A DNA stretch of 64,000 nt, taken from the NCBI RefSeq assembly GCF_964355755.1, contig NC_092672.1, forward strand, positions 8,680,001-8,744,000, in the 5' to 3' direction. Shown here in pieces: positions 34,697 to 46,569 of the stretch; the first letter of the stretch is position 1, and each line of letters begins with the position of its first letter. Origin of the DNA: Antedon mediterranea (taxonomy: Eukaryota; Animalia; Echinodermata). Under the pieces are notes generated by a model. The model saw nothing but the letters and a program-made list of their open reading frames with translations, did not search any database and was not told the origin of the DNA. The translations under genes were made by a program, and so were the position numbers.

Positions 34697-34770
34697 TCTC
34701 ACTCATAAGGACGATCAAAGCATATTGATCGAAACGTCGAGAAACTCAACAGTTCTTTCCAGAACTAATA
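34697..34770 (+). mobile_element. Penelope-like LTR fragment with a degenerate hammerhead-type core
   Basis: Stem 'gatcaa..ttgatc' + GAAAC + 'gtcgag'; upstream CUGANGA box is mutated (ataagga). Confidence 0.45.
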
Positions 34771-34792
34771 CTGTTAATCTTATAATTGTAAC

Positions 34793-35252
34793 CCTGGGTT
34801 ATTATTCTTTGATTGTTTTAGGTTGGGTTACTATTAGAAGGGGGGGGGGGGGGGGTTACAATTAGAGTAGTGGGTTACTATTAGAAGGGGGTTACTATTA
34901 GAGTAGTGGGTTACTATTACTAATCTTAAATTAGGCACCTGAAAATAGTAACCAACCCCAACTTTTCCGGTAAGCAACTCATAGCAAAATAATAAAACAG
35001 TACGCATAAACAAATTTGGTTGAACTTTATTTTATAAACTAAAAAAAACACTCCATCAGATCAACATGCATTATTATCTCCTTATTTTCATTTCATCATC
35101 ATAAACGACCAATCATTTTGTCAATAGTTTTTGTGACTAAATAGTAACCCCCGTGGGTTACTATTTAGAGTAGTGGGTTATTATTATAGATTTACTTATA
35201 AGGTGGGTTACTATTAGAAGGGGGTTACTACTGTATTAGAAAATTTACGGTA
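34793..35252. mobile_element. Tc1/mariner-type MITE remnant with 'gggttactattaga' subterminal repeats
   Basis: Clusters of gggttactattaga at both ends; right terminus ...attagaaaatttacgg|TA. Confidence 0.5.
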
Positions 35253-35959
35253 TACGCGGTGTACCGCAAACTTTATATCAACACAATCTTATTCATAACG
35301 TGAACTTATTCACACACAACATATTCATAACGTGAACTTATTCACACACAAGAACATATTATTAACAGTGAATTTGTACAAAATCTGAACTTATCCTAAA
35401 ACATGATATATATATTTTTTTAAATATAAAACTTATAAGATCATCATAATATAAGCAGTCTTTATGGTATTAGGATCTTAATGCAATCATTGTTTTTATA
35501 TAAAAAGAGAATACGAACATTCAATTGATTATGAGATACAGAGCGTTCCTTTTTTGATATCTAATTCTTATTGCATCTTTATGTATGTAAAGTTGATAAG
35601 GCCAACACAGTTTCCCTAAGGGGATAATAAAGTTTTAATGAATGAATTAAGTATGCTAAAATAGAGACATCTAGATGGTTGTTATTAAGTACAGTAGGCA
35701 AATTTAATGAAAATCCAAAAGCATGCACGATTTGATTAAATTTTCTATAGTAGCAAAAATAATGCATTATTTAGTTTATTTACCACACCACAACCTTCTA
35801 TGATAGGAATTGCAATTTGTTTCGTTTTATCATCTTCGTTTCAATCTGTTAATTTAAAATGTAACGGTCAATTCCGAAAAGGTCAACTCTGAAAAAAGGG
35901 GAATATTATTAGAATTATACAGTAAAGCAAGACAGATGAGTACACGGTAAAAAGAAATG

Positions 35960-36345
35960 GAATTGGAGAATGGAAGAACTGCAAGTATTATAAGGCATTA
36001 AACTTGAGAGAAGGAATGGGCTTGCTATCCTTGCAATCAATAAATCACGACATATAGGCCTACTCGACCATAAGAAAACGTCAATCGTACTTAAACTGCG
36101 CTTCTTTAGCATATATATGTGGCCAGCATATTCATATATATTTGTGAACTTTGAATTCTGACTCGCATAATGGAAGACGAAATTGACATATTTCACAGAA
36201 AATTTCTAAGACGCATTTTAGGCATCAGATGGCCTAATAATAACAAATATATAGATTTCTATAACACCACAAACGAGGAAAAGTTTTAGCACCGTCACTG
36301 CATGAGACATGACAACCCGAGAGCATTCTCAGAGGCCTATAATAT
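35960..36345 (+). mobile_element. Decayed RTE-clade LINE fragment (post-RT region)
   Basis: EWKNCKY...RRNGLAILAINK...LKLRFF.../...IYICEL*ILTRIMEDEIDIFHRKFLRRILGIRWP, with frameshift and stop. Confidence 0.7.
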
Positions 36346-36944
36346 ATATATTTGTCACAGTAACTAATTAACTCATTGACGCTTTCCTAATAAAGGCAAG
36401 ATAAAGGTCCCTGTTGTGGAGTTGTAATCTGTAGGTAAACACAAAACTTCCACCGGTACCCCCAGACAACCAAAGTGTCATAATTATAAAGAACATTTGG
36501 AACTATTAGCTAACAGTATTTGTGATTGGACAATTTCGACGTATTGCCAACGCAATGAGCTGGATCGTTCGTAATGCTTTCTCATTTACAATTGCGACGA
36601 AAACCGAACCTCATTGGTGTCTGTATTCACAGGTTCTATACTTTCATTTTTATTTCGCCAAGTGAAGAAGACTTAACTCTAATTGAAACTAATCTTTGAG
36701 TCAAACCAGACTCCGTAATGAACCGATATGCAAATAGCTAAATAACATATCAAGAGAAAGGATTAAAGTAAAAAGAGGCCGTTGAGCCTTAATATTCAAC
36801 TACATGCAGGCCTATGATTAACTCGATCACGATCAATTAGGCGATCCGCGCAAATGCAACGTAACATGTCAAAATGCGTAGGTTCTCATGCCTGAAATAC
36901 TGTATTATTAGGTTTTTTTATAGTGCTGAATTGAGGTGACATTA

Positions 36945-37327
36945 AGCCGATTTTCCACTAGCCGAATTTGTTCGCGCGAATCGAAAGCGTCATGCTATGC
37001 ACATGCGTATTCGCGTTTCTGTCTGTCATACTGCCTTTACTTCTTCGACGAATTCTATTTCCTTTGATTTTTCGCTTTAGCGAAATTTACTAGTTCGAAT
37101 TGTTTCTACTTTTTGCGAAGCGAAATATTGCGCAACCAATCAGAGCTCAGGAAATGAGCTATGACGCTTTCATGAGCACTCATGCGAATCGAAATGCTCA
37201 GCAACCACGCGAGGAACATGAACGTCGCAGCTATTCGCTCATCATGTAGTGGAAAGAGAGTAGGCGATTTTTTTCTCTTCGAAACGTTGGATTCGCGCGA
37301 ACAAATTCGCCTAGTGGAAAATCAGCT
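36945..37327. mobile_element. PIF/Harbinger-type MITE (family H3), second full copy
   Basis: Same TIRs and TTA TSD as 18395-18773; near-identical interior. Confidence 0.9.
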
Positions 37328-38069
37328 TTACGCAACTCACTTTACATGTGTATCATGTAAGGGTTTTTTGTTTAATAGAATTGTCACTCAGCAATAACAT
37401 GTTTCAACATGTTAAATAAACCACTTAAGCACGAATAGAGGTGATACACAACTGATTACAACGAAAAAGATGGTTGCAATATTTCAAATTCTGAAATACC
37501 TGTGCGTCCAGTGCCGAATATCAGTAGAGCCATGACATCTATTATAAATAGGCCTATACGCTTTATAAAACTCTGATCAAATTAATTAGAAAAAAGTGTG
37601 ATGTGCCCAAATATGGTAGTGATGTACCCAAATGGTAGTGATATAACATCATCATGTCCATATATGGGCACATCATTTTGTCACATAATGTTTGATATTT
37701 TAGACGGAGTTTAAAGTTACAGGATAATCACACCTTTGCTTGTATTTATGCTCTGTGCCGAAATAATTGTTGGGATGCTCAAGTACTTGCGTTCAATCAA
37801 GTGTTTATCCCATGGAGCCGAATAAAATACAAAATTGTATATGTAATAAATGTTATTGACGAAGAAGACAGCCTACCGATATCTAAAATGAGGCTGTTAG
37901 CATTTTCTGATTTATTTGTAAGATTGTCAGTAATTGTGGCAATAACAATTCTAATTCAACATTTAACCTTATTTATTACACTACTTACACCCACTCACTG
38001 AAATTCTATATATAAATTAAACACCCGATCAAATTTTGTAGACGATTCATGTGCGTTCAATAGATCATT

Positions 38070-38221
38070 ACCGGACCGGAACCGTGCCTGAACAGGTGTG
38101 AAAGACCCTTTAAGGGTCCTTCAAACCTGTTCCGGCATAGTTCCGGTCCGAAACCGTCTTGAAAACGAAACATTGGCATTCGATTTGATTTGCCGGTGCA
38201 AGAACAGGTGTGAAGGACCCT
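38070..38221. mobile_element. Small Harbinger-type MITE (38113-38221) abutting the right end of a second copy at a shared TTA
   Basis: TIRs agggtccttca(a/c)acctgttc / gaacaggtgtgaaggaccct; palindrome centred on 38110-38112. Confidence 0.7.
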
Positions 38222-38753
38222 TTAAAAGCAACTCAATTCAACTGAAAAGAACTTTTCGAGAAATAGCTGAACATAACTGTAGGCCTACGAAACTGAGAAA
38301 TTATTGAGTGTACGAGTGCTTTAATGTCGATATAATACAACTGTGACTGTAAACTAGTTGCGCACTTGACGTTGGTTGAAATGAGATCAAGTGTGCGCAA
38401 GTGCAGCAGGGAGAACGTATGCCGCGACATTGAGAGTTTAAACACATGGATGCACACCATAAAAAACAACACCCGCAGTATAAAAGCTGTTAGGTGATGT
38501 GAAAAAGTGGTCAACCTTGGAATATTCTTGATAATAAAACATTATACCATAAATTTATCGCACAATTTTATTATCAAAATAATCTGTATTGTAAAATACA
38601 TATTTTCCATGATAGGCTCTGTTGTTATTGTTAATTGCAAATAAACTTTATGATAGCAAATTGATAACATAATTATTTGGAATATTTATGAAATTTTCTT
38701 CTTCATATTTCTCTTCTTACTAGCTTATGGTTCGCTTCATTTTATTATTCACT

Positions 38754-39704
38754 CTATAACCAAGCAGTCGCTAAATACGGATCCATCAGAAACTCATACG
38801 TGCAGTTGTGCCGTGCAACTACATCTTGGTAGTCTTCAAACATAACTGCAGTTTCAGCAAAGCCTTCGATATGATCCATACCGTAACCAACGTATCTGAA
38901 ATTTGTAGGCCCGGGTGCCAATCCGTCCCTGTTGACAACCACTTGGAAATAATCGAACATTTCTTGAAGGTACTCCACTAATATTCTTCCATGTATCTCT
39001 AAGTAGTCAATATTGACACAATTCGTAATTATTGCTAAGAACCCATGACTCATTGTTCTTCGGATCTGATTGATGTCAATTACCAATCTCTCCAGTGACA
39101 TTGGGAATGCCTTGGCAATGTGACGCAGCAGACGATCGGGTTGGAAATTATCTGCGCTATCGTGTCCAAAGATTTCTAGGCTAGTTAGCTGCATACTTGA
39201 TACCAAGATTGACTTCAGTGTCGGGAAACGTACGATTTCACGACACACCATATCCACTGTCAATAACGGCATGTTCTTGTGCAGCTTCGTCCAAGACTCT
39301 TCTTCTATCACGTGATGATGTATATCTTCTCGTCTGCACTTGATAGCCAGTTCCTGAAGGCTACCTCTCTTGTGTCTCGCCAATGCGATGAGTAGATCGT
39401 CCGATATACAGTTATAGTCAATGTGTAACACATTCAATTTTTCGAAACGATTCATAGCTTCTACGAAACTGATTTGGCTGTAGCCCTCTTCGTGAGTTTG
39501 AAGTAAGTGATGCATATACAGGTTTATGAGCGTTCTGTTTGATCTGGCAGACAAGCAGTTCAGTAGCAACATAGCCTCTTCAAACTTAATGCAAAGACCG
39601 GTAAGATCGACGGATTCAAGTCGTCGTTGAACTCGAAGGAATCGTTTTATGGACCGTAACACTCCTTTCCGATAAGAAAAATCCCGATCAAATCGCATGT
39701 GACG
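38754..39704 (-). CDS. F-box gene coding exon 2
   Basis: aaacag|RHMRFDRDFSYRKGVLR...PYLATAWL*; long open frame. Confidence 0.85.
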   Translation of the reverse strand, partial: RHMRFDRDFSYRKGVLRSIKRFLRVQRRLESVDLTGLCIKFEEAMLLLNCLSARSNRTLINLYMHHLLQTHEEGYSQISFVEAMNRFEKLNVLHIDYNCISDDLLIALARHKRGSLQELAIKCRREDIHHHVIEEESWTKLHKNMPLLTVDMVCREIVRFPTLKSILVSSMQLTSLEIFGHDSADNFQPDRLLRHIAKAFPMSLERLVIDINQIRRTMSHGFLAIITNCVNIDYLEIHGRILVEYLQEMFDYFQVVVNRDGLAPGPTNFRYVGYGMDHIEGFAETAVMFEDYQDVVARHNCTYEFLMDPYLATAWL

Positions 39705-40910
39705 CTGTTTGTTTGGGAAACAAGATGCATATAAATTACTAAAGCATACCGTACATAAAGAAAGATTATCAAAGCTTTTTAATTCCATTTCTATTAAAGA
39801 TAAGACTATCGATATTTTTTTTGACACTTTGTACAAATTTAAGTCTAAAGTTCTTAAATTGATTTAAGTTTGCCATTTTGTATGTTTCATGTTTTGTATT
39901 TTTATGTGTTTTTAATTCTGTATTTATATCTAAAGAGTTTCAAGGCATCCTGTAATTGGCGATTTTTCGCAGTTGTATGTGGTTGAAATAAAATTTAAAA
40001 AAATAAAATAAATACCAGGCCTAGCTTTTAATACATATTTTTTCAGACTTAAATTCTGGACTTAAAATAAAAGAAACAATGAATTCTTAATTGAAGCAAA
40101 GGGGAATATGCAAAACAACCGTACAGTAGGCACAGTTTTAGTCCTAAACAAGTCTAGGTCTGACCATAATTATAATACTTTTTTTTAGAAATTACACACA
40201 AATTTACCGGATAATGGCATAGACATCGGCTACCTTCATCAATAAATAAATCATTAGGCCTAGGCCCTAAAGTCATGGGCATAGGCATGGTAGGCCTAGG
40301 GGCCTAGGCCTAGTACTAGTAGACCTCCTAGGCCTAGGTCTAGGTCAACAATAAGTAGAAAACTCACATGAACATAAAAATCGACAAAGGAAACTTCTTT
40401 TAATTGAACTGGTCCTCTTCTATAAAGCTCTGCTAATATAGTTGTCAACATTCTTTGAAAGCGCCGAACTTGGTAACGGTTGTAATACGTCCTTATGTGC
40501 GAGAAAAGATGAAACGAATGTAGATATCGTCCTACAGATCGGACGTACCGAAGGTGATCGTGGTCGCTCTTATCACCAGTTAACGTGATTGTCTTCTCTC
40601 GCCAAAGTCGCGGCGCTTTCATAACACCTGCAAGCCAGCTCTGGCAGACCAGAGCCATGTTGATACGATCCTGGTCACTCAAGTATTCTGCAATGTTTGT
40701 TATGATAAAATGTGGCAAGTTGTCCCACTGAAATAGTAATGTGTCTTTATCATCTTCGTCGTCGGTACTTGATGAAGAGCTCGATGTGGAGGAAGCTGGA
40801 GGTTGAGGTGATGGTAGGCCGGCTGCCGGTGTTCGGTTAACTCGTACGGCCTCTCCACTTTCTGTATGTACTTCAACTATAACTTGGACCTGAATATTAT
40901 CAAAATCCAT
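38754..40910 (-). CDS. F-box protein with C-terminal LRR/RNI-like solenoid (FBXL3/FBXL21/FBXO39-like architecture), 2 coding exons, 497 aa
   Basis: Exon 40910-40368 (donor GTGAGT) and exon 39704-38754 (acceptor AAACAG), phase 0. F-box WDNLPHFIITNIAEYLSDQDRINMALVCQSW; LxxLxL repeats (LESVDL, LNVLHI, LQELAI, LTSLEI, LERLVI). Confidence 0.88.
40368..40910 (-). CDS. F-box gene coding exon 1
   Basis: Ser/Asp-rich N-terminus then F-box; ends ...DFYVH|gtgagt. Confidence 0.85.
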
Positions 40911-42917
40911 TAGTACAGTTTTATTAATAAAGGTTGATTTCTGTAATCAATAAATGTCACTATTATGAAATTGATACCAACAGATACCGATCCATTGATT
41001 TTGTTTATTTTTGGAATGGTTTAATGACGTCTCAGCGACGGCGCGAGAATAACAATACGCGTTCTAGAGATTCTATACGAAATTCTACTTTTGGCGCGGA
41101 ATTTCCGTGATTGTAAAAGGCGCACTTACAAAATACTCTGGAAAAAAAATGCTAAATAGGTCATCAGGGTGAGGGGTTATGGTTCTGGCGAACATCCCCC
41201 TTTACCCCGCTTAACCGAATGCGAACCCCCATCCCCGACATGCCCAATACCTCACCCTCCAAATACGTGCCCCACAGTACAAAAGGTTATTTTAAAATTA
41301 AAAAATTTGTAAACTCGTTTGTGATTAACTCATACCTTCTTCTCTGTATGAGCGTTCGTCTAGCGATACGTGTCTGTAAATTTCTAAGAGCTACAAATGA
41401 ATTGGTTGCGATTTACGATTTTTTGATCCCTGGATGTCGTGAGCTAGGAACGAACGATTCGTACAAAGGACACCGACAGACAACCGCGTACCTAATATAT
41501 ATAGCCTTGCGACGTACATAAAAAAAAAATGGAACGTTGCGGTTACCTATGTGTGGCTATGAAGTATAGTATATCATCATCATAGAGGATTATAGTGAAT
41601 ATTAATATATAACACTATAATACCTATATGGTATCATGTACTGTAGTTTACATTATAGCATTCAATTATTTTTTTCTAGACCACCAGCCGGTACGTAGGC
41701 CTACTCAACTGTATCAATACCACCTATTTACAGTGATATATTTAATTTCCTTAACAAACTTGCTGTAAATAAATATAGAGCTATAATTACCACCATTGAA
41801 TTTGCCTTCTCATATCAAAGTGTTTTTTTTGGGGGCTTTCCCTAGATGTACGTTCGCATTGAACTTGAACGCAAAACAAAATACCAAGAGAATGATCAAA
41901 CAATCGGCGGTTCCGCACATAGTGCGCGCATCTAACATTATGACTACAAATGCTATCGTACTTTAAGTAGTCCACGTGCGTGAGGAGGAGCAACTACAGT
42001 TACTATACAAATTAACATTTTGATAGAGTAGCCTACAGCATTACTCGATAATTAATATGAAATACACTGGCACTTCAAACCGTACAGCATTAAACAAGTT
42101 AATGACAAAACGAATGGATATGAATGACTTTCGAATCAATCTTGTAAGCTGTGAGAAAAATTAGGCCTATACCGATTTTTTTTCTTATTTTCGGAATATT
42201 AATGGCGCTAATGTAGGGCAAATAGTATCGTTATCATGTGAGATAATGGTTGCGTTGTTATTCAGAATTTAGTTAAATGATTGATATTAATAGTATCGTT
42301 TTTGTAGCCTAGAAACCTTGTTACATAGTACAAAGACTAAAACCTGATTTCATTCGTTTAGATCGCATTGTATACAAAAACAGTCATAATAGACTGTATA
42401 TGCAGGTATACACAGTCTATTCAACCTGTCATGCAATTAAGCATTTTATTTATAGTTTCCAGTTATGACGTAAGCACCCAAATTTCAGGACAAAAATGTT
42501 ATCAACTGTCTTTTGAGAGTCCTGTATTCGGGAAAAAGGGTATCTGGATACGAAATTAATAATGAATGATTCTGATGTTTGGCACAGTGATGCGTCACTT
42601 GCCTTTGTACAATGAAAATTCCTTAATTTAAATGTAATGGCTTTAATGATGAAACCTTCATAATTATGATAATACGTCATTTGAACATTTCTTATGCACG
42701 TATGAAAATAATATTGTTACAGATACATTGTCACGCTGAAAAATAATTTTTAAAAATTTTTTGTTGAATTTATTATTTTAATGTCACATTATTAATAGTT
42801 ATTGACTTTGACAAAAAATGTGATCGACAAAAAAATATTTACCTGAATAAATAAATATTTGTTGGTTTTTTTTTCTACAGAAGTGAATATCTTTATTTAA
42901 ACTGCAAGATGGCATTT

Positions 42918-43210
42918 TTAAAAGTTTGATTTTATTAATCTTCATTTTTCATGTTTTTGGGGGACAATATCTTTAATTATAAATTATATAAAATAGTTGG
43001 TAAAATTTAAAAAAAATCTTAGTTGATAGTAAGTACTGTTTAATAGTATACACCTTTTTATTTTTAAAAGTTTGATTTTATTAATCTTCATTTTTCATGT
43101 TTTGGGGGGACAATATCTTTAATTTTAAATTATATAAAATAGTTGGTAAAATTTAAAAAAAATCTTAGTTGATAGTAAGTACTGTTTAATAGTATACACA
43201 TTTTTATTTT
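42918..43210 (+). repeat. Tandem duplication of about 145 bp spanning a K1 MITE end and its flank
   Basis: 'aaaagtttgattttattaatc...gggggacaatatctttaat...tagtatacac' occurs twice. Confidence 0.9.
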
Positions 43211-44891
43211 ATATTAATATTACAATATTTTATTTAAGAACTGCATTTCTGAATAAATGAAATTAGTTATATAGGAATGGTGTTTTGGTAATCGTCCCCA
43301 TTTTGTTACAATAAATAATATCACATAACACACAGCAAGTGAGAAATGAAATGTTTATAGTCAAAAAAAAAAAACCACCTGCGTGACACATAAATAACAA
43401 AATCAAATATACGGTTGCATCTTCAAGAGAAAACAACAAATTAGACTATACTTCTTACAAACCATTATATTCTACGCGAAATTGTAATTCTTAGTTGTAA
43501 TTTTTAGTTGTAATTTTCACAATCTCGTTGCTCTGACGAGTCACGTGAGGGTACTGAGTCACGTGGGGGTACTGAATCTAGTATCTATTTATATAGTTGT
43601 AAACATAGAAATAAATGAATAATATAGTCCCGATTGGCTTAAAAGTTTTAGCGAGTGATTCTCGAGTTTACCGCTTTTGCAGCTTTTTACAGCTTATTGA
43701 TATATAGGCCTAATAATACAACGTCAAACAGAGACTGATAATGTTATAATTCCGAACGCGCTGCACTGTGGGAGCCGTGGGTCCATAGGAGGACCTAATC
43801 CGAATGCTGTTTCCTCAGTTGCCAGTTAAGCTTGGAGGATGATAATTATATTATCGTTTATGTTATAATTCCGAAGGCGCTGCGCCGTGAAGACCTTGGG
43901 GATGAATATTATAAAACAAATATATATAAAATTGTAATTTTCTAACACACTATTTTGAAAGGTAATGCTATTCTCACTGTAAAGTTTATATTATGTGTTA
44001 GTATACGAAGGCCTATAGTATACGCACTCTTTACGTTATTGTAATAATATGTTAATTCAACATACCTTCTAATTATAATTAAAACATCTCAAACACATTC
44101 AGGTATATTGATCATTAAAACAACGTCAGTATCACAAACACACACCGAAGCGTTGGTGTTGACGGTTGGCTACGAAATTTGAATATTTCTTCAGAGAAAC
44201 AATCAATCAGACCTTTCAATTGCATACCTTTACATGTCCATGGTATTGATGATACTTTTACCTTACAGTTTATATTCATGAAAAAGTACAAGTTTTGATT
44301 TCGTGTAAGATACTTTATCTAACGCGTTTAAGCGTTAAATGAAACAAAATATTTTAGGCCTACATCTTTCACAGAAAGTTAAATTATGTTGTTATTATGT
44401 TAGATATTTTATGAGCAAATGTACACACATATTAATGGAGTGAAAGAAGATCGTATCAATCAACTTGCTGATAGTAAATATTTATAACTGTCTGGATCAT
44501 TCTGAAGAATAATAGTCTTTATACACGCATACATGTAAATGTGTAGCCGCACTGAAAATATGATTCTTTGGTTACGCTATGTCAGGAGGGAGGCGTTTCG
44601 CGAGTTTCTTTGAATCGGAATTATGATTGTGATGCCGTTACAATAATATTCAGTTTGTCTCCCCAATTGTAGACCATTATATAATTATTTTATAAAGCAC
44701 TAAGAATCCAAACGTTCCTCTCGTTAAGATATTTAATTGTATTATATATGTATATGTAGAAGCATTTCTCTTACAGACAGTTACAAACTATATTATACAC
44801 ACTTTTGATAGGATACTTATAACTTCGATGTTTCATTAATTCACTTAAATAATTTTATGATCGTTCCCACAAAACCACCATCATTACCTAA

Positions 44892-45000
44892 TTTTTAGTC
44901 GCGTGCAACGCGACTCTACAGCTCGCTATGTCAGTCGGTCGGTCGGTCGGTAAACACTAACTCTAGCACGCGACTTCAGCCATCTATATGGCCTTGTTTT
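44892..45000 (+). mobile_element. Miniature DINE-1/HINE-like (Helentron-associated) element
   Basis: T-run; subTIR tagtcgcgtgc with adjacent IR acgcgact; (GGTC)n microsatellite; 3' subTIR gcacgcgact; hairpin gccat-ctat-atggc; T-run. Confidence 0.75.
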
Positions 45001-46158
45001 AATTAGGGCTACCCTATAAAGATAAATAAAGTTGAAATAAAATGAAATAAATAAAGAAAAATATCACGTATGATTGGTAAATATCTTGTTTCGATTTTAA
45101 AATACAATTTGTTTATATAGACTAAGGCCTATGTAGCAAGAAAGCAATTGAATGATATAATTATAAACGGGTTGGGAACACCTTTGCAAGCCAGTAGCCA
45201 GGGTGTGTGTAGGGGTTGAGACCAACAACAAAGTTGTAGTAATAGCCCTAACTTATGACAATGTTATGGGTAAGTTTACCTATAATACAGCAGGCAAATT
45301 ATACTAGGTAGGTCAAAATCAATCTTTTCTTCAGTTGCTTACCGTATTTCTTCAGGACAAAAAATTTTTAGGTATAAGTGTCTGAAATTTGCTTTTTTTT
45401 AAATATTATATACTAAATTATGTATCAAACCTCTGGGTGATAGGATAGAATTAAAAGTGAAATACGGGAAAAGTAATTAGGAACTAAACAAACTCTAATT
45501 ATACGTGTTTAAACTGTATTTCTGAGAACTATTTTATCTTGATTATTAGCATTTACACTATTGACACATCCTTATCCTTCAATTTATAGTGTAATTATTA
45601 AAGATTTAAGCAATTGATGTGCAAATAAAGGTTGACATTGACTTACTGATAATTAATTGCAAAATCTCTTAATTATTGGTGATTTAATGTTGTAATTACA
45701 AAGGTTGACACATTAACTTGAGTTTAATATTATAGTTGACAGATTGGTGATGATTAATCTTTGTCATCGTTATTAATGTTCTTACAAATTTAGTTTAATG
45801 AGGGACAGAAAATAATCCTATAAAATATCATCAGTTTTAATTTATTGAGTCATGTTTAAAACAGTTGAGAATTTATTTCAGGAATCGAACATTCATAACC
45901 TTGTATTGCCCATTTTTCACATAAGAAAAGTTCATCAGTATGGTGCGCATATTATTCAATTTAATATTAGCATTGAGTAATAATAATAAATGTTAGTATT
46001 GCTCATGATTTTAGGAACATAAATATTTTGGCACATTTGGCGTGTCATACGTTTGAGCTTGAGAGTGTCCAGACAAAAATCCAAACAAAAGTATCGAATG
46101 TTATTTCTATGACCACATACACAAAAGACGGGCGGTTGCAAGAACCCGTTTTCGCTAA

Positions 46159-46337
46159 AGCTTGGTTCCCACTAGAACGTAACGCAAGGACGTAAACGCA
46201 ACGCAAGCGTTTTAACAAATGACAAGCGAAGTTATATACAGTTAGCAATCACAAGCAAATAGGCCATCGCTTGTGATTGGTCAATTCACTTGCGTTGCGT
46301 TACGTCCTTGTGTTGCGTCGCTAGTGGGAACCACGCT
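46159..46337. mobile_element. PIF/Harbinger-type MITE (family H4) nested in an H1 remnant
   Basis: TIRs agcttggttcccactag / ctagtgggaaccacgct; TAA/TTA flanks. Confidence 0.85.
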
Positions 46338-46536
46338 TTACCGTTACTGCTAGAGTGTGTAAATTGGCTTTAATGATTAAGCATGGTCCTTGAAAAGGTG
46401 TCCCTAAAAGATAGTCATGCAATGGTTACATACAACATATATACATTTACTTTTCACAACTATTTCAAATTAAATTCAAAACAACTTTTGTTAAAAAAGT
46501 GTTATTTTCCTGAACGAAACTTAAGCTCGGTTCCCA

Positions 46537-46569
46537 CATAGAGATATTATACACTATACTATCTCTATG
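46537..46569. mobile_element. 33-bp micro-MITE with CATAG termini and target duplication
   Basis: gttccca|catagagata-13 nt-tatctctatg|gttccca. Confidence 0.7.

Noticed and set aside
39705-39836. N-terminal 44 aa of the 360-aa ORF as coding sequence
   Set aside because: AT-rich intron sequence upstream of the AAACAG acceptor; the true frame comes from exon 40910-40368.
40296-40367. Hydrophobic C-terminal tail (LLIVDLDLGLGGLLVLGLGP) of the 204-aa ORF as a membrane anchor
   Set aside because: Read-through past the GTGAGT donor into a CTAGGC-rich intron.
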